From positions 50,227-114,226 of IMG/VR virus record IMGVR_UViG_3300009095_000011: DNA of 64,000 nt; one strand, given 5' to 3'. The notes below the pieces were generated by a model. It was not told where the DNA came from and did no database searches. It was given only the letters and a program-made list of their open reading frames with translations. This DNA comes from a virus (taxonomy: Duplodnaviria; Caudoviricetes). Every line of letters begins with the position of its first letter. Position 1 is the first letter of the stretch. This document shows positions 28,981-38,374 of this stretch, one piece after another. The translations under genes were made by a program, and so were the position numbers.

Positions 28981-29907
28981 TTAAATAATTAAGCTTCCCT
29001 GCTGGATTTCTCCTACCCTGGTTGTGATTTCATAATCTAATCGAACTGAATCACCCTGGATTGATACATCTCTAAGGATGAAATTTTTAAGGCTATCATC
29101 TGTTGCAAATGTATTGTATAACTGCCTGAATAGAGAGGGAAACGATACTGCACCCAATGTATTACCAACTATAAGAGATGGGTCAATTCCATCGTCTGGA
29201 TATTCTGGATTATCACCTCTTCGCAATTGAGATAGGATTGTGAGTGATTGTAGTAGCGTTTCTTGATATGTTAGGACTTTGAGGTCATTGTTTTCAAATG
29301 TAAGCCTTCGTAATATATCTAATCCATAAGTCTTTTCGGCTGTATTGATATTGTCTACTACAGAGGTCAAATAAAGGCTGTCAGCACCTTGAAATGTTAC
29401 TTTTAATAGTACTCCTCCATTTGGTGTATAATCTTCTTCTATAAGCTGATTATTGAGGAATATTTTAGTCCATTCGTTTTGTGGATCACTACTGTTTAGT
29501 TCCTTGGCAAGTTGTTCTAATGTGTGATTTTGTTTTAGAGTAATTTCTACAAGAGGATTGGGATTGAAATTGTTTTTCTCAATTGCTGATCGTAGAAATT
29601 TACTGCTATTACTTATTGTTTGAAGTTTGGTTTTTATATCCTCTAACTCCATCAATAGTTCCCAATCTTCATGATATGGAAATGATCGTTTATTGAGCAT
29701 TAAAATTTCTATTAAAGAATTTAGTCTATATTGAAGATCGCTGAGATTAGTAAAGGCTTGTGCATCTGGTGTTGATGTTGTACCACTGTAGTAATCAATA
29801 ATAGTTTGTTTATCGTTCTCATTGAAATCTACAAAATCAGATAGTAGAGTATCAACTTGCACTCCTGAAATATGAGAAAAACGATCTATTGTATTAGAAT
29901 TGTACAT
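28981..29907 (-). CDS. Baseplate protein (LysM-like middle, gp25-like C-terminus)
   Basis: Position upstream of the J-like gene; TLEQLA..WTKI..N.L; GDNPEYPDDGID. Confidence 0.55.
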   Translation of the reverse strand: MYNSNTIDRFSHISGVQVDTLLSDFVDFNENDKQTIIDYYSGTTSTPDAQAFTNLSDLQYRLNSLIEILMLNKRSFPYHEDWELLMELEDIKTKLQTISNSSKFLRSAIEKNNFNPNPLVEITLKQNHTLEQLAKELNSSDPQNEWTKIFLNNQLIEEDYTPNGGVLLKVTFQGADSLYLTSVVDNINTAEKTYGLDILRRLTFENNDLKVLTYQETLLQSLTILSQLRRGDNPEYPDDGIDPSLIVGNTLGAVSFPSLFRQLYNTFATDDSLKNFILRDVSIQGDSVRLDYEITTRVGEIQQGSLII

Positions 29908-30671
29908 TATACTATTACTGATTTAACATTCTTTGCAACATTATCCATTGCTTTATTAAGTACTCCAAATGTCATAGTTTTTGTAAGTGCTTTCTGCGGA
30001 TTATCTCTGACATATTCCAATGGTGCAATGGAGGTCATTTGTAAATTATAGCGCGGGATCATGTTTTGATCCTGAGTTTGGCTATGAGTGAAATTATTTA
30101 CTTTTACAAGGTAATTGTTACCTAATATTGAGTTATAAAAAAACAAGCGATGTGGATTGTTGTCGCTATCTAATGAATCGCTCTTCATTATCATAGCTTC
30201 AAGTATTTTTATTACTCCATAACCTGTTTTTACTTGTACGCTGAAATTAGGAAAAGCAACCGATAATCCATTTTGAAATAATCCTTCCTTGTTGAATTTA
30301 CCTCCCTGAGTTGAAAAAGCAAGTGCGGCTGCATCTATTTGAGTTTGTCCTATCATAAATCTCAAACGTCTGCCAAATGTTCCTTGAATTTGAATCTGAG
30401 TAGGAACAAATGTCTCACTGCTTATTGCTGTTACTCCACCTGCTGTTTTTTTTATGTTAGTGATTTTAGGTTGTGATTCGCTTACTTGCTCTGGCGCTAC
30501 AGGAAAGGTTAAGAAGTCAATTACCCTACCTCTTGAATCAGTTAATTCAAATGAAATAAAATAAGCTTCAAAATCTTTTGGAAATAAAGCATGAAGTCCT
30601 GCTTTACCTACTGTTGAAAGTAGTTGTTGATATTGAAGTGATGATTGATTAGTATTTGGTACTGTTGGCAT
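29907..30671 (-). CDS. Tail/baseplate (tube-initiator-like) protein
   Basis: FPVAPEQV..KTAGG..IQIQGTFG; position in the tail cluster. Confidence 0.55.
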   Translation of the reverse strand: MPTVPNTNQSSLQYQQLLSTVGKAGLHALFPKDFEAYFISFELTDSRGRVIDFLTFPVAPEQVSESQPKITNIKKTAGGVTAISSETFVPTQIQIQGTFGRRLRFMIGQTQIDAAALAFSTQGGKFNKEGLFQNGLSVAFPNFSVQVKTGYGVIKILEAMIMKSDSLDSDNNPHRLFFYNSILGNNYLVKVNNFTHSQTQDQNMIPRYNLQMTSIAPLEYVRDNPQKALTKTMTFGVLNKAMDNVAKNVKSVIV

Positions 30672-31249
30672 TAAGCTTCAAATAACGCATAAGAAAAAAC
30701 ATTTCCATACAATTGAGCACTTTTCTTAATGATTTCCATTACTTCAAGATGTTGTTTGCTATATTGTCTTACTTGACATCCTGCACTATATGCACCAACT
30801 TTTGCATTATAATTTACAAAAGAAGTTGTATGCATATTTAATCCCCCAACATCTGTATAAATTCTACCTCCAATGTCAAATTTTCCATCACTATCATTAT
30901 CTCTCCAAACGTTAAATACATTGCCATTTTGTACTAATGCTTCATATTTACCACTATGCTTTCCAATAGTCCAGCATTTAGGATAATATCCGGGAATCAA
31001 TATTGCAGTACCATTTTTATTGCCTAATTTATTTTTAAGATAATAAAGCCCTGGCTTAGTAGTGCCTTTATGTTCTATAACAACTGGCTTATTATTATCG
31101 TCACGATAGGCTATTCCAAGAACATCATTAAATTCATCTACTGTATCATATCCATTTCTGATACCAAAAAGATTGACATTATGCTTGCCACTATCGTAGA
31201 ATTTATAGCCATTTTGCTTGTATAATTCTTTTACTTGATCGTAAGTCAT
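30671..31249 (-). CDS. Putative endolysin/peptidase with YkuD (L,D-transpeptidase)-like catalytic motif
   Basis: GLNMH-x14-SAGCQV; NLFGIR, TTKPG, VWRDND. Confidence 0.55.
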   Translation of the reverse strand: MTYDQVKELYKQNGYKFYDSGKHNVNLFGIRNGYDTVDEFNDVLGIAYRDDNNKPVVIEHKGTTKPGLYYLKNKLGNKNGTAILIPGYYPKCWTIGKHSGKYEALVQNGNVFNVWRDNDSDGKFDIGGRIYTDVGGLNMHTTSFVNYNAKVGAYSAGCQVRQYSKQHLEVMEIIKKSAQLYGNVFSYALFEA

Positions 31250-31293
31250 AGGATTAATATTTGTGTAAATATAGCTAAATATTGGGAGAAAAT

Positions 31294-31321
31294 AAAAAAA
31301 GCCTCAATTATTTTGAGGCTT
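31294..31321 (-). terminator. Intrinsic terminator, cassette copy 2
   Basis: Same hairpin as 28555..28581. Confidence 0.8.
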
Positions 31322-31390
31322 CCTATCTTAATTAGATTGCTGTTTAGTGTTATAAGTTATCATCTCTTTATCTTTTAGTTAGGCGTAATT

Positions 31391-31618
31391 TTATTCAAGC
31401 CCAGTATCACGCCACCAAAAGTTATCAATATCCTCGTCTAAGTCTTTACCAAGTTTTTGACTTGTCATTCCCTTCATATTTTCACTACCTGCCATAACAT
31501 CCCATGCTGTTTTGAAAGCCTTAATGTATAATGCTTTAGTTTCCTCAACAGAAAAACTACACCTAACATCAGATTCTTGATGTTCGTTGAAACTTTGTAT
31601 GTATTTGCTATTTTTCAT
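31391..31618 (-). CDS. Hypothetical cassette cargo protein
   Basis: 75-aa ORF after the repeated promoter. Confidence 0.6.
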   Translation of the reverse strand: MKNSKYIQSFNEHQESDVRCSFSVEETKALYIKAFKTAWDVMAGSENMKGMTSQKLGKDLDEDIDNFWWRDTGLE

Positions 31619-31633
31619 CGTCTTAAATTTTAG

Positions 31634-31684
31634 TTAAACATCTAATTGTTATATAAATATAAGACTTATATTTTAGATATGCAA
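31634..31684 (-). promoter_or_regulatory. Repeated promoter + leader (copy 2)
   Basis: Near-identical to 28912..28962, including the flanking ACTTTTGAGGAGAAATATT (+ strand). Confidence 0.75.
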
Positions 31685-31703
31685 CTTTTGAGGAGAAATA
31701 TTT

Positions 31704-31943
31704 TTACAACAAAGAACCTAATCCAGTTGTTGCACCTGTTTGTGAGGTTGCCGATCCTGCTGTCGATACGGGAATACCAGCCTGAACATCTGCACTCAAT
31801 ATTGCATCTCTGATTACATCAGCAAGCTTATCGCAAAATTGATCCAATAATACTTCTGGATCTTTTTTAGTAACATCACCGCTATTCATTTCCTCAATGA
31901 TAGCTCTTATTTGTGTCTTTATTGTTTGCTTGATTACTGCCAT
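31704..31943 (-). CDS. Small baseplate/spike-associated protein
   Basis: Follows the spike-like gene; G/T-rich C-terminus. Confidence 0.5.
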   Translation of the reverse strand: MAVIKQTIKTQIRAIIEEMNSGDVTKKDPEVLLDQFCDKLADVIRDAILSADVQAGIPVSTAGSATSQTGATTGLGSLL

Positions 31944-32698
31944 TAATCTAAGTTTGATTTTTCACTTAAAATACTATCTACCTGCTCCAAATATGCTGCA
32001 ATCTTAGATGAATTAAATAGTGGCCCTCCATTGTTTGTAGATATAGAAATTTCCTGAATTAAGTCTTTTAGAAGTTGGGCAAGTGTATCGCCTAACACCA
32101 TTGCTTCACTTCCTTCATTGTGATTTATTACAGGAGCAATTACGTTTATCTCCTCCTCACTCTTTATTGTAGTTTTGCCACTGACATTGATATTGAACGT
32201 TCCTCTTGTGTTTAAATTAAATTCGCTTGTATTGTCTTTATTGGTAAGATTTATATTAATCTTGCCTTTCTTGGGTTGATTTGAAGATACTGAAATACTA
32301 AGATTACCATTACCATCTCCTGTGATATCTACAAAACCAAAATCTGTTTTGCGATTAAATTTAAATTGATTTTCCTTAATGTCATTAAATTCTGTCAGCT
32401 TATTGATATTAGCTACAACAATAGGAACTTTGTATTTTGGAATTACAACATAAGCAACCTGGCTACCTAAAACTCCTGTTTGTGCTGGAAAGTCTATTGT
32501 TTGAAGAATTGATTTATCACACTTCACACGTGGTATGATATTATTTTCCTCGCCTATTATGGACAGGAAACCAGTCTTTAGACATTCTCTTACATAGATA
32601 TTTCGATCTACATCACTTGGAATTATGACATAGGCAAGTCCAGTGATATATCTATCACCTCCTACGCTATTTGGCCCTATTTGTCTACTAAATGACAT
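31943..32698 (-). CDS. Baseplate spike (gp5/gpV-like) protein
   Basis: Beta-repeat segment and AMVLGDTL..LL motif; synteny. Confidence 0.55.
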   Translation of the reverse strand: MSFSRQIGPNSVGGDRYITGLAYVIIPSDVDRNIYVRECLKTGFLSIIGEENNIIPRVKCDKSILQTIDFPAQTGVLGSQVAYVVIPKYKVPIVVANINKLTEFNDIKENQFKFNRKTDFGFVDITGDGNGNLSISVSSNQPKKGKININLTNKDNTSEFNLNTRGTFNINVSGKTTIKSEEEINVIAPVINHNEGSEAMVLGDTLAQLLKDLIQEISISTNNGGPLFNSSKIAAYLEQVDSILSEKSNLD

Positions 32699-35298
32699 TA
32701 ATCAAATTGTCGTTTATGAAGGAAGAAATTAAACACATCTGGTTTATTGTTGCTATCTTTTCTTACCTCCCAATTTTTTATAATATCTGCTGTCAACTTA
32801 TTGTTATCTTGATTATCTTTTCTTATAAACAGCTTCTCGTCAAAATCAGTATTAACTATATTGAAATATGATACTTTATTTTCTACTCCCTCAATTGTTC
32901 GTGGAATTATGTATTTCTCTACCATGCATCTCTCAACGACAAGAGTGGTTGTTCTATCAATACTATCTGATTTAATGTAATTATTCTCTACATTGGTTAC
33001 ATAACAAATCTCTCCTGTTTGCTTTAATCTTATGCAAGTGTTTTTCTTGATTCTACGATCTCCATTGATAGTAATCAAACCTTTGCGAGTAAATGGCAGA
33101 TAGGCATTAATATCAATCATAAATTTTAAATCTCTAATGATTTGTCTTTGGTCAAAGTTAATCATTTTATCATTATTCTTGGGAATGTATGGCTGATAAT
33201 TAGTTACCTTCTCATAAGGTCTACTACCCCAAATGTCAACATATTGAGGAAACACTACAGCAGGAAGAAAGTCAAGTGAAAATGTAGTATCTGCACCATA
33301 CAAAAAAGCTTGCGGTCTGAGCATGTAATAAGTGAATACATCATTATCATCAAAGCCAAGATTATAACTTATTAGGTTTTCGTTCTCAATATCAATTGCA
33401 AGGTCAACTAATTCTCTCCATGCTTCATAATTAAATGGGGGTCTGCGAGCAATGAATTTAAAACGATCCTGATATGTATCTGTGAAGAATTCAATAAATG
33501 GTTCATCACAAAATTGCCTAATTGTTTCAGATATACTACCATTTGCTTCTGCTATGCTTGTATTTGCAATTCTGACATTGGTTACAGATGGATCTACTTC
33601 TACATCAATTATTTGCCAAACACCTTCTTTTAGTTGATCTGTAATGTCTGGACTAACCTTTCTTTGTTTATTTAACACATATGAATAACAAGAAGCTATT
33701 GCTTGAGATGCAGGTGCATTAATAAATCTCAATATGGAAGATTGACTTTGAGATGCTATTATTCCAATAGATGGATTAATAAGTGTTCCCTCTAATTCAT
33801 TTGGGATTTCACTATCAATATAACCGACTCCATTATAAGTGTAAGCAAACCATCCATCCTCAATGAATCCAGGTGTTTTAATTAAATTTTGATTGACAAG
33901 AAACTCAATCCATGAAACAATAGCATTGAAGGTAATATTAATCTGACCTTGGTCTTTGGCATTTTGTATATTGTATTCAATCCTGGATTGTTTAATAAAT
34001 TGTTTAGCTCTTTCTTGCGATCCACTTATGACATCTTTAGTAATCTTTTGAGCTTCACTTTCTTCACTTTTGATTATCCTATTTCTTCGATTCCCATATC
34101 CTCTAAATACATCATTAGGCACATATCCAGTTGATGAGAGCTGATTGATAACAAGATTAATTGATTCTCTTATTGATCTATAAGCTTGAGTTGTGAATGT
34201 TTGCAATCTTCCATAAATGCGATTGCGGAATTTTAATGTATCTGCTCTTTCTGGAAATATTGCACTCATAAATTCCTGAATATAGAAATAACTTCCATCA
34301 TCAAGAATTGTTTTTGATAAATCTCTTCCGGTTATATTAATTCCTATTTCAGCACTTTGAGGATTTATTTGAATAACATTACTATCCACAAAGCCAATGA
34401 GGTCATATACTTTATTGGGAATGTCATTCTCAGATACACTAAATCTGGCTTCATTATCATTCCTATCTTGTCTCTCTAAATCAAGCGTCTCAAAACGAAT
34501 AAATACAAGATCATTGCTATTTATAATGTTGTGAAAATAATATTGCTCCTGTGTAAGTTCTCCATTATCATTATTGACCTTATAAAGTTTAGATTGTGCT
34601 GAATAATGATTTTTAAGACTATTGCTATTGTATCCAGTTATTGATCCTCTCTTTGGAAACCATTTACCTGTACTATCTTTTTGTCCAGCAATAGGAGCTA
34701 ATGTAAGACTAAATGTTGCTCCATCTCTGTAACTATTGGTAGTAACTTGCTGTACAAAGGGGGAGACATCAATGAATCCATCTATTATTCTACTCCATAC
34801 CCAAACTGTTATTTGAGGATAAAAATCAACTGCTCTGCTTAATTTATTTTTATCATAAGTTGTTTTATAATCGGGATCATTAAGTAGTGCTTTAAGGTTT
34901 TCACTTACAAAGGTAGTAAATTTGTTAGTATCACTGGGTTCAAGTGAAACTGCAAAAGCATTGTCGAGCTTTATTTGATCTTTGGGAATGAGAATTTCAG
35001 TACCTACTTTAATTAATAAATCTCTATCATCACCTTTTATGAAATCTTCATTAACTCTTAATTGATCTATTGTTGCACCCTCAACTGCATATTGATCCCA
35101 TTCTTCTTCTGTATATAAAAGAAATATTCTTTGTCTGTTTGAAAATCCATTTTCATCTTGATAATTGAGTAAATCGGTTTCTCTATTGATATAATTGAAT
35201 GCAATAGAGGTTCCATTATTATCTACAAAATCAGCTACAGTAACTAATTCTGGATCATCGTGAGTTAGTGAAATATAAGGTTTTTGCAATTGGGCCAT
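32698..35298 (-). CDS. Baseplate hub/tail-associated protein
   Basis: ITGRDLSK, PFIEFFTD, RRPPF, GLITINGDRRIK; follows the tape measure gene. Confidence 0.6.
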   Translation of the reverse strand: MAQLQKPYISLTHDDPELVTVADFVDNNGTSIAFNYINRETDLLNYQDENGFSNRQRIFLLYTEEEWDQYAVEGATIDQLRVNEDFIKGDDRDLLIKVGTEILIPKDQIKLDNAFAVSLEPSDTNKFTTFVSENLKALLNDPDYKTTYDKNKLSRAVDFYPQITVWVWSRIIDGFIDVSPFVQQVTTNSYRDGATFSLTLAPIAGQKDSTGKWFPKRGSITGYNSNSLKNHYSAQSKLYKVNNDNGELTQEQYYFHNIINSNDLVFIRFETLDLERQDRNDNEARFSVSENDIPNKVYDLIGFVDSNVIQINPQSAEIGINITGRDLSKTILDDGSYFYIQEFMSAIFPERADTLKFRNRIYGRLQTFTTQAYRSIRESINLVINQLSSTGYVPNDVFRGYGNRRNRIIKSEESEAQKITKDVISGSQERAKQFIKQSRIEYNIQNAKDQGQINITFNAIVSWIEFLVNQNLIKTPGFIEDGWFAYTYNGVGYIDSEIPNELEGTLINPSIGIIASQSQSSILRFINAPASQAIASCYSYVLNKQRKVSPDITDQLKEGVWQIIDVEVDPSVTNVRIANTSIAEANGSISETIRQFCDEPFIEFFTDTYQDRFKFIARRPPFNYEAWRELVDLAIDIENENLISYNLGFDDNDVFTYYMLRPQAFLYGADTTFSLDFLPAVVFPQYVDIWGSRPYEKVTNYQPYIPKNNDKMINFDQRQIIRDLKFMIDINAYLPFTRKGLITINGDRRIKKNTCIRLKQTGEICYVTNVENNYIKSDSIDRTTTLVVERCMVEKYIIPRTIEGVENKVSYFNIVNTDFDEKLFIRKDNQDNNKLTADIIKNWEVRKDSNNKPDVFNFFLHKRQFD

Positions 35299-37005
35299 TT
35301 ATGGTGATACTTTAGGAGTTGCAAAAATATTACCTTGATTCTTAATCCAATCAAATATTTTTATACCCTTTGTAACTTTATCTATTTCTTCTGCTATCTT
35401 GACCCCAACTTTTTGTCCAACATCAAGCATACCAGGAAGCAGACCATCTACAAAAGCATTTGCAATTTCAGCCTGACTTCTTACAAGGGCAGCAGTGTTT
35501 TCTCGTGCCATTTTATCTACATCGCTATCTTTCATTATTCCTTCAATGATATCCTGACCACCTCCTGACATTATAGCTTGTCGATTTTGATAAAGTTGCC
35601 TGGTGGCTGCAAAACTCAATCCTAAGCGTTGTTGAAGTGCCATCATAGCCATTTGATCATCTCCACCAAAACGATTACTTATATTACCCAAAACACCCTG
35701 CAAAAAACCAGGAGTTTGTAATCCTTGCTCCTGCATCTGCATAATGTCAAATATTCCAGCATTAGGATTCATTCGCCTCAATACACTAAAATTCTCTGCC
35801 CTCATTATATCATTTCCAGGTCGTGAAAGTCCTTGATTGATTTGACTAATTCTCTGCATTGATCTTGGGTCTCTCATTGAAAATCCACCACCAACATTAT
35901 TAAACATTGTAATAACTCCTGTGGCTATTCCCTGATTAACTGTTTCAGCAGTCATTCCAAATTCCTGTACAAGCTGTGTTTGATTTCTTAATAACTCAGC
36001 AAATAAAACCCTATCTTCTTGCAATCCACTTGCAGCAAGTAATTTAGTTATTTCACTAAGAAGTTGATCTTGTCCTCCTGAAAATCTTCCAACTTTTAAT
36101 CTTTCTTGCAATAATCCTGGATCAAGTGAGAAAGCTCTTTGTAAAGCTACAAAATTGCCAACATTGACATTTGAAGTTCCTGCGGCAGTCATTGCAGATT
36201 CAGCCTGTTGAGCAGATTCGCCCATATCAAAGCCAAACTGACTAAATCCAAACCTTCTTCTTACTCCCAATCCTCTCAATCTTGTTCGTCCAATTTCAGC
36301 AGATAATTGTTCCTCCGATGATCTACCATAAGCACCACCTAAAACAGGAACACCACCTAATATTTGAGACAAGGCAGCTTCTTCATTTCTTGCTCCAGGT
36401 AAGGCATTCAACATACCCAAACCTCTTTGTAACATATTTGCAAGAAAAGTACCTGCAAATACATCTCCCATCACTCCACCTCTGCCACCTGCCTTACCTT
36501 TGTCTCCTAATATTTCTTCTTGTAATGATGTTTTTAGTTGATCTTCTGGACTTAATGCAGTTTTACCAAATAGCATAGATGATAAGAAACCTCTCTTTTG
36601 CTCTTGTATTCGATCAATAACTGATTTCTTATCTTCTGCAATTTCCTCTTTGGATGTTAAACGAATAGTTTCAATGAGTTCTCTAAGTAACTTAATTTGC
36701 ATTTCATCTTGTTCAGATTCAATACGAAGAGTACCCATTGTTTTTGCAAAATCTGCTTTACTTCCTCCTGCCTGAAATGTTTCTCTTGCAGACATTTCAC
36801 GACCTTCTCTTTCAAGACGGTTTCTTCGTTCTATAGCTTTGATTTGCTGTTCAATGAATTCTATTTGTTGCTTACCTGATTGAGAATATTTACGAGCTTC
36901 CTCAATCATACCTCTTGATATTTCCTGAGAGGAACGTCTTAGTTTATCAAGAGTGGTAGAAACTCCGTTATCTACAGCAGAAAAAGAAATTCGTCTTTCG
37001 GCCAC
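35299..37005 (-). CDS. Tape measure protein
   Basis: Helical and G/A/Q/M-rich, ISFSAVDNGVS N-terminus; follows tube and chaperone genes. Confidence 0.7.
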   Translation of the reverse strand: MAERRISFSAVDNGVSTTLDKLRRSSQEISRGMIEEARKYSQSGKQQIEFIEQQIKAIERRNRLEREGREMSARETFQAGGSKADFAKTMGTLRIESEQDEMQIKLLRELIETIRLTSKEEIAEDKKSVIDRIQEQKRGFLSSMLFGKTALSPEDQLKTSLQEEILGDKGKAGGRGGVMGDVFAGTFLANMLQRGLGMLNALPGARNEEAALSQILGGVPVLGGAYGRSSEEQLSAEIGRTRLRGLGVRRRFGFSQFGFDMGESAQQAESAMTAAGTSNVNVGNFVALQRAFSLDPGLLQERLKVGRFSGGQDQLLSEITKLLAASGLQEDRVLFAELLRNQTQLVQEFGMTAETVNQGIATGVITMFNNVGGGFSMRDPRSMQRISQINQGLSRPGNDIMRAENFSVLRRMNPNAGIFDIMQMQEQGLQTPGFLQGVLGNISNRFGGDDQMAMMALQQRLGLSFAATRQLYQNRQAIMSGGGQDIIEGIMKDSDVDKMARENTAALVRSQAEIANAFVDGLLPGMLDVGQKVGVKIAEEIDKVTKGIKIFDWIKNQGNIFATPKVSP

Positions 37006-37032
37006 TAATTTATTATGATATCTATGTACATA

Positions 37033-37362
37033 TTACTGTTTATCATCGAATAATTCAAAATTATCATCTTCAAAAAATCTATCCCAATCCTCATCTTTAG
37101 TTTCTTCATCTCTACCTCTTAACCAAATACCTGTTTTTTTGTATTCTTCAAATTGCTTTTCATCAAATATTTCATTATGCAATTCAATTGTTAAATTTTG
37201 CTCTTCCCATTCACAAAGAATGTCAAACAAGGAAAGTTCTCTGTGAGATTCACTATTGAATCTTATATTGAATTTCTGTCTATACCAATAGTCTATGGGG
37301 AAATTTGCATTCCACCATATCATAAATTCGCGAATCGCATTTTGCGAATCTTTGGGATACAT
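37033..37362 (-). CDS. Tail assembly chaperone-like protein
   Basis: Synteny between tube and tape measure. Confidence 0.55.
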   Translation of the reverse strand: MYPKDSQNAIREFMIWWNANFPIDYWYRQKFNIRFNSESHRELSLFDILCEWEEQNLTIELHNEIFDEKQFEEYKKTGIWLRGRDEETKDEDWDRFFEDDNFELFDDKQ

Positions 37363-37739
37363 TATTCACCCTCTGTTTTCGTTTCTTTCTTTTCTACTTT
37401 CTTGGCACTCTGAAATTGCTTTTTCCATTCACTATACCAGGGGAAAAACTTACTATCCATTTCTTCAATAACAGCACTAAATTCATTGGGCTTTAGATCA
37501 AGTAGATTACTTACCCTTGTGTCTTTCTTTATCTCAGGAAAGAATGCATAAAGAGCACTCATTATATCTATGACATCAAGAGTGGTTGAGTCGGTTATTG
37601 AACTGTACATTCCAGATGAATAGAAGGCTTGATTCTTTGAAAAATCAATAAACTTACCTATAGAGGCATTTGTTTCATAAATGTTACCTAAGATGGTTAT
37701 TGCAAGTTTATCTGATGGAAGGTTTGTTTTCTGAGACAT
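37362..37739 (-). CDS. Tail assembly chaperone
   Basis: Synteny directly after the tail tube gene. Confidence 0.55.
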   Translation of the reverse strand: MSQKTNLPSDKLAITILGNIYETNASIGKFIDFSKNQAFYSSGMYSSITDSTTLDVIDIMSALYAFFPEIKKDTRVSNLLDLKPNEFSAVIEEMDSKFFPWYSEWKKQFQSAKKVEKKETKTEGE

Positions 37740-37793
37740 AAATTTGTTTTACGTTTTATTTGTGTAAATATAGATAATATTATTCATATTAAC

Positions 37794-37822
37794 AAAAAAG
37801 AGGCAAGCTATTAACTTGCCTC
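37794..37822 (-). terminator. Intrinsic terminator after tail tube
   Basis: GAGGCAAG-loop-CTTGCCTC followed by a T run. Confidence 0.8.
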
Positions 37823-37880
37823 CCAAAACCCATGAAAAACCTGAATGAAAGAAAAGAAAAGTATTAAACTATGTCTTTTG

Positions 37881-38360
37881 TTACGAAACGTCTTTAAATA
37901 AAACAGGAGTAAGGTATTGAAAACTCTGATCTCTGGTGCTTACGTTACCTTCTGTAAGGTCAAAAGAATCATTATCTATATGTAAATCTCTTATTGTAGC
38001 AAATGGTTCTAATTTCGCAGTTTTAATACCATTTTCAGTTACTGTATCCTCTACCTTTTTATAAATGTCAATTTGTATTCCATCTTTTAAAAGAATATTA
38101 TCTGCAAAATCTTTCAAAGTATCAAATACTCTATCTATACCTTGTGGAACTGCACTATCTCTAAAAGAGACATTATAAAAGCTGAACGACAAACTACATC
38201 GTATACGAGTTGCAGGAACTTCATCTAAGGTAAGATTACCTAATCCCTGAACTTCTCCACGTTGAATAGATTCATTTAATCTCAGAGATCTTATTTTTGC
38301 TACAGCTACACCATTCTTTTTGACTACCGCCAAAGGTGCGGTCATTACTTTTTTTGCCAT
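37881..38360 (-). CDS. Tail tube protein
   Basis: 159 aa directly after the sheath gene; V.GLG....EVP, FQYL. Confidence 0.75.
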   Translation of the reverse strand: MAKKVMTAPLAVVKKNGVAVAKIRSLRLNESIQRGEVQGLGNLTLDEVPATRIRCSLSFSFYNVSFRDSAVPQGIDRVFDTLKDFADNILLKDGIQIDIYKKVEDTVTENGIKTAKLEPFATIRDLHIDNDSFDLTEGNVSTRDQSFQYLTPVLFKDVS

Positions 38361-38374
38361 TATGCTACTTTATT

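Noticed and set aside
37033-37739. Programmed -1 frameshift fusing the two tail chaperones
   Set aside because: The second frame has a TGA two codons before its ATG (GGG TGA ATA ATG), so an upstream slip cannot fuse them; the TAATG overlap indicates simple translational coupling
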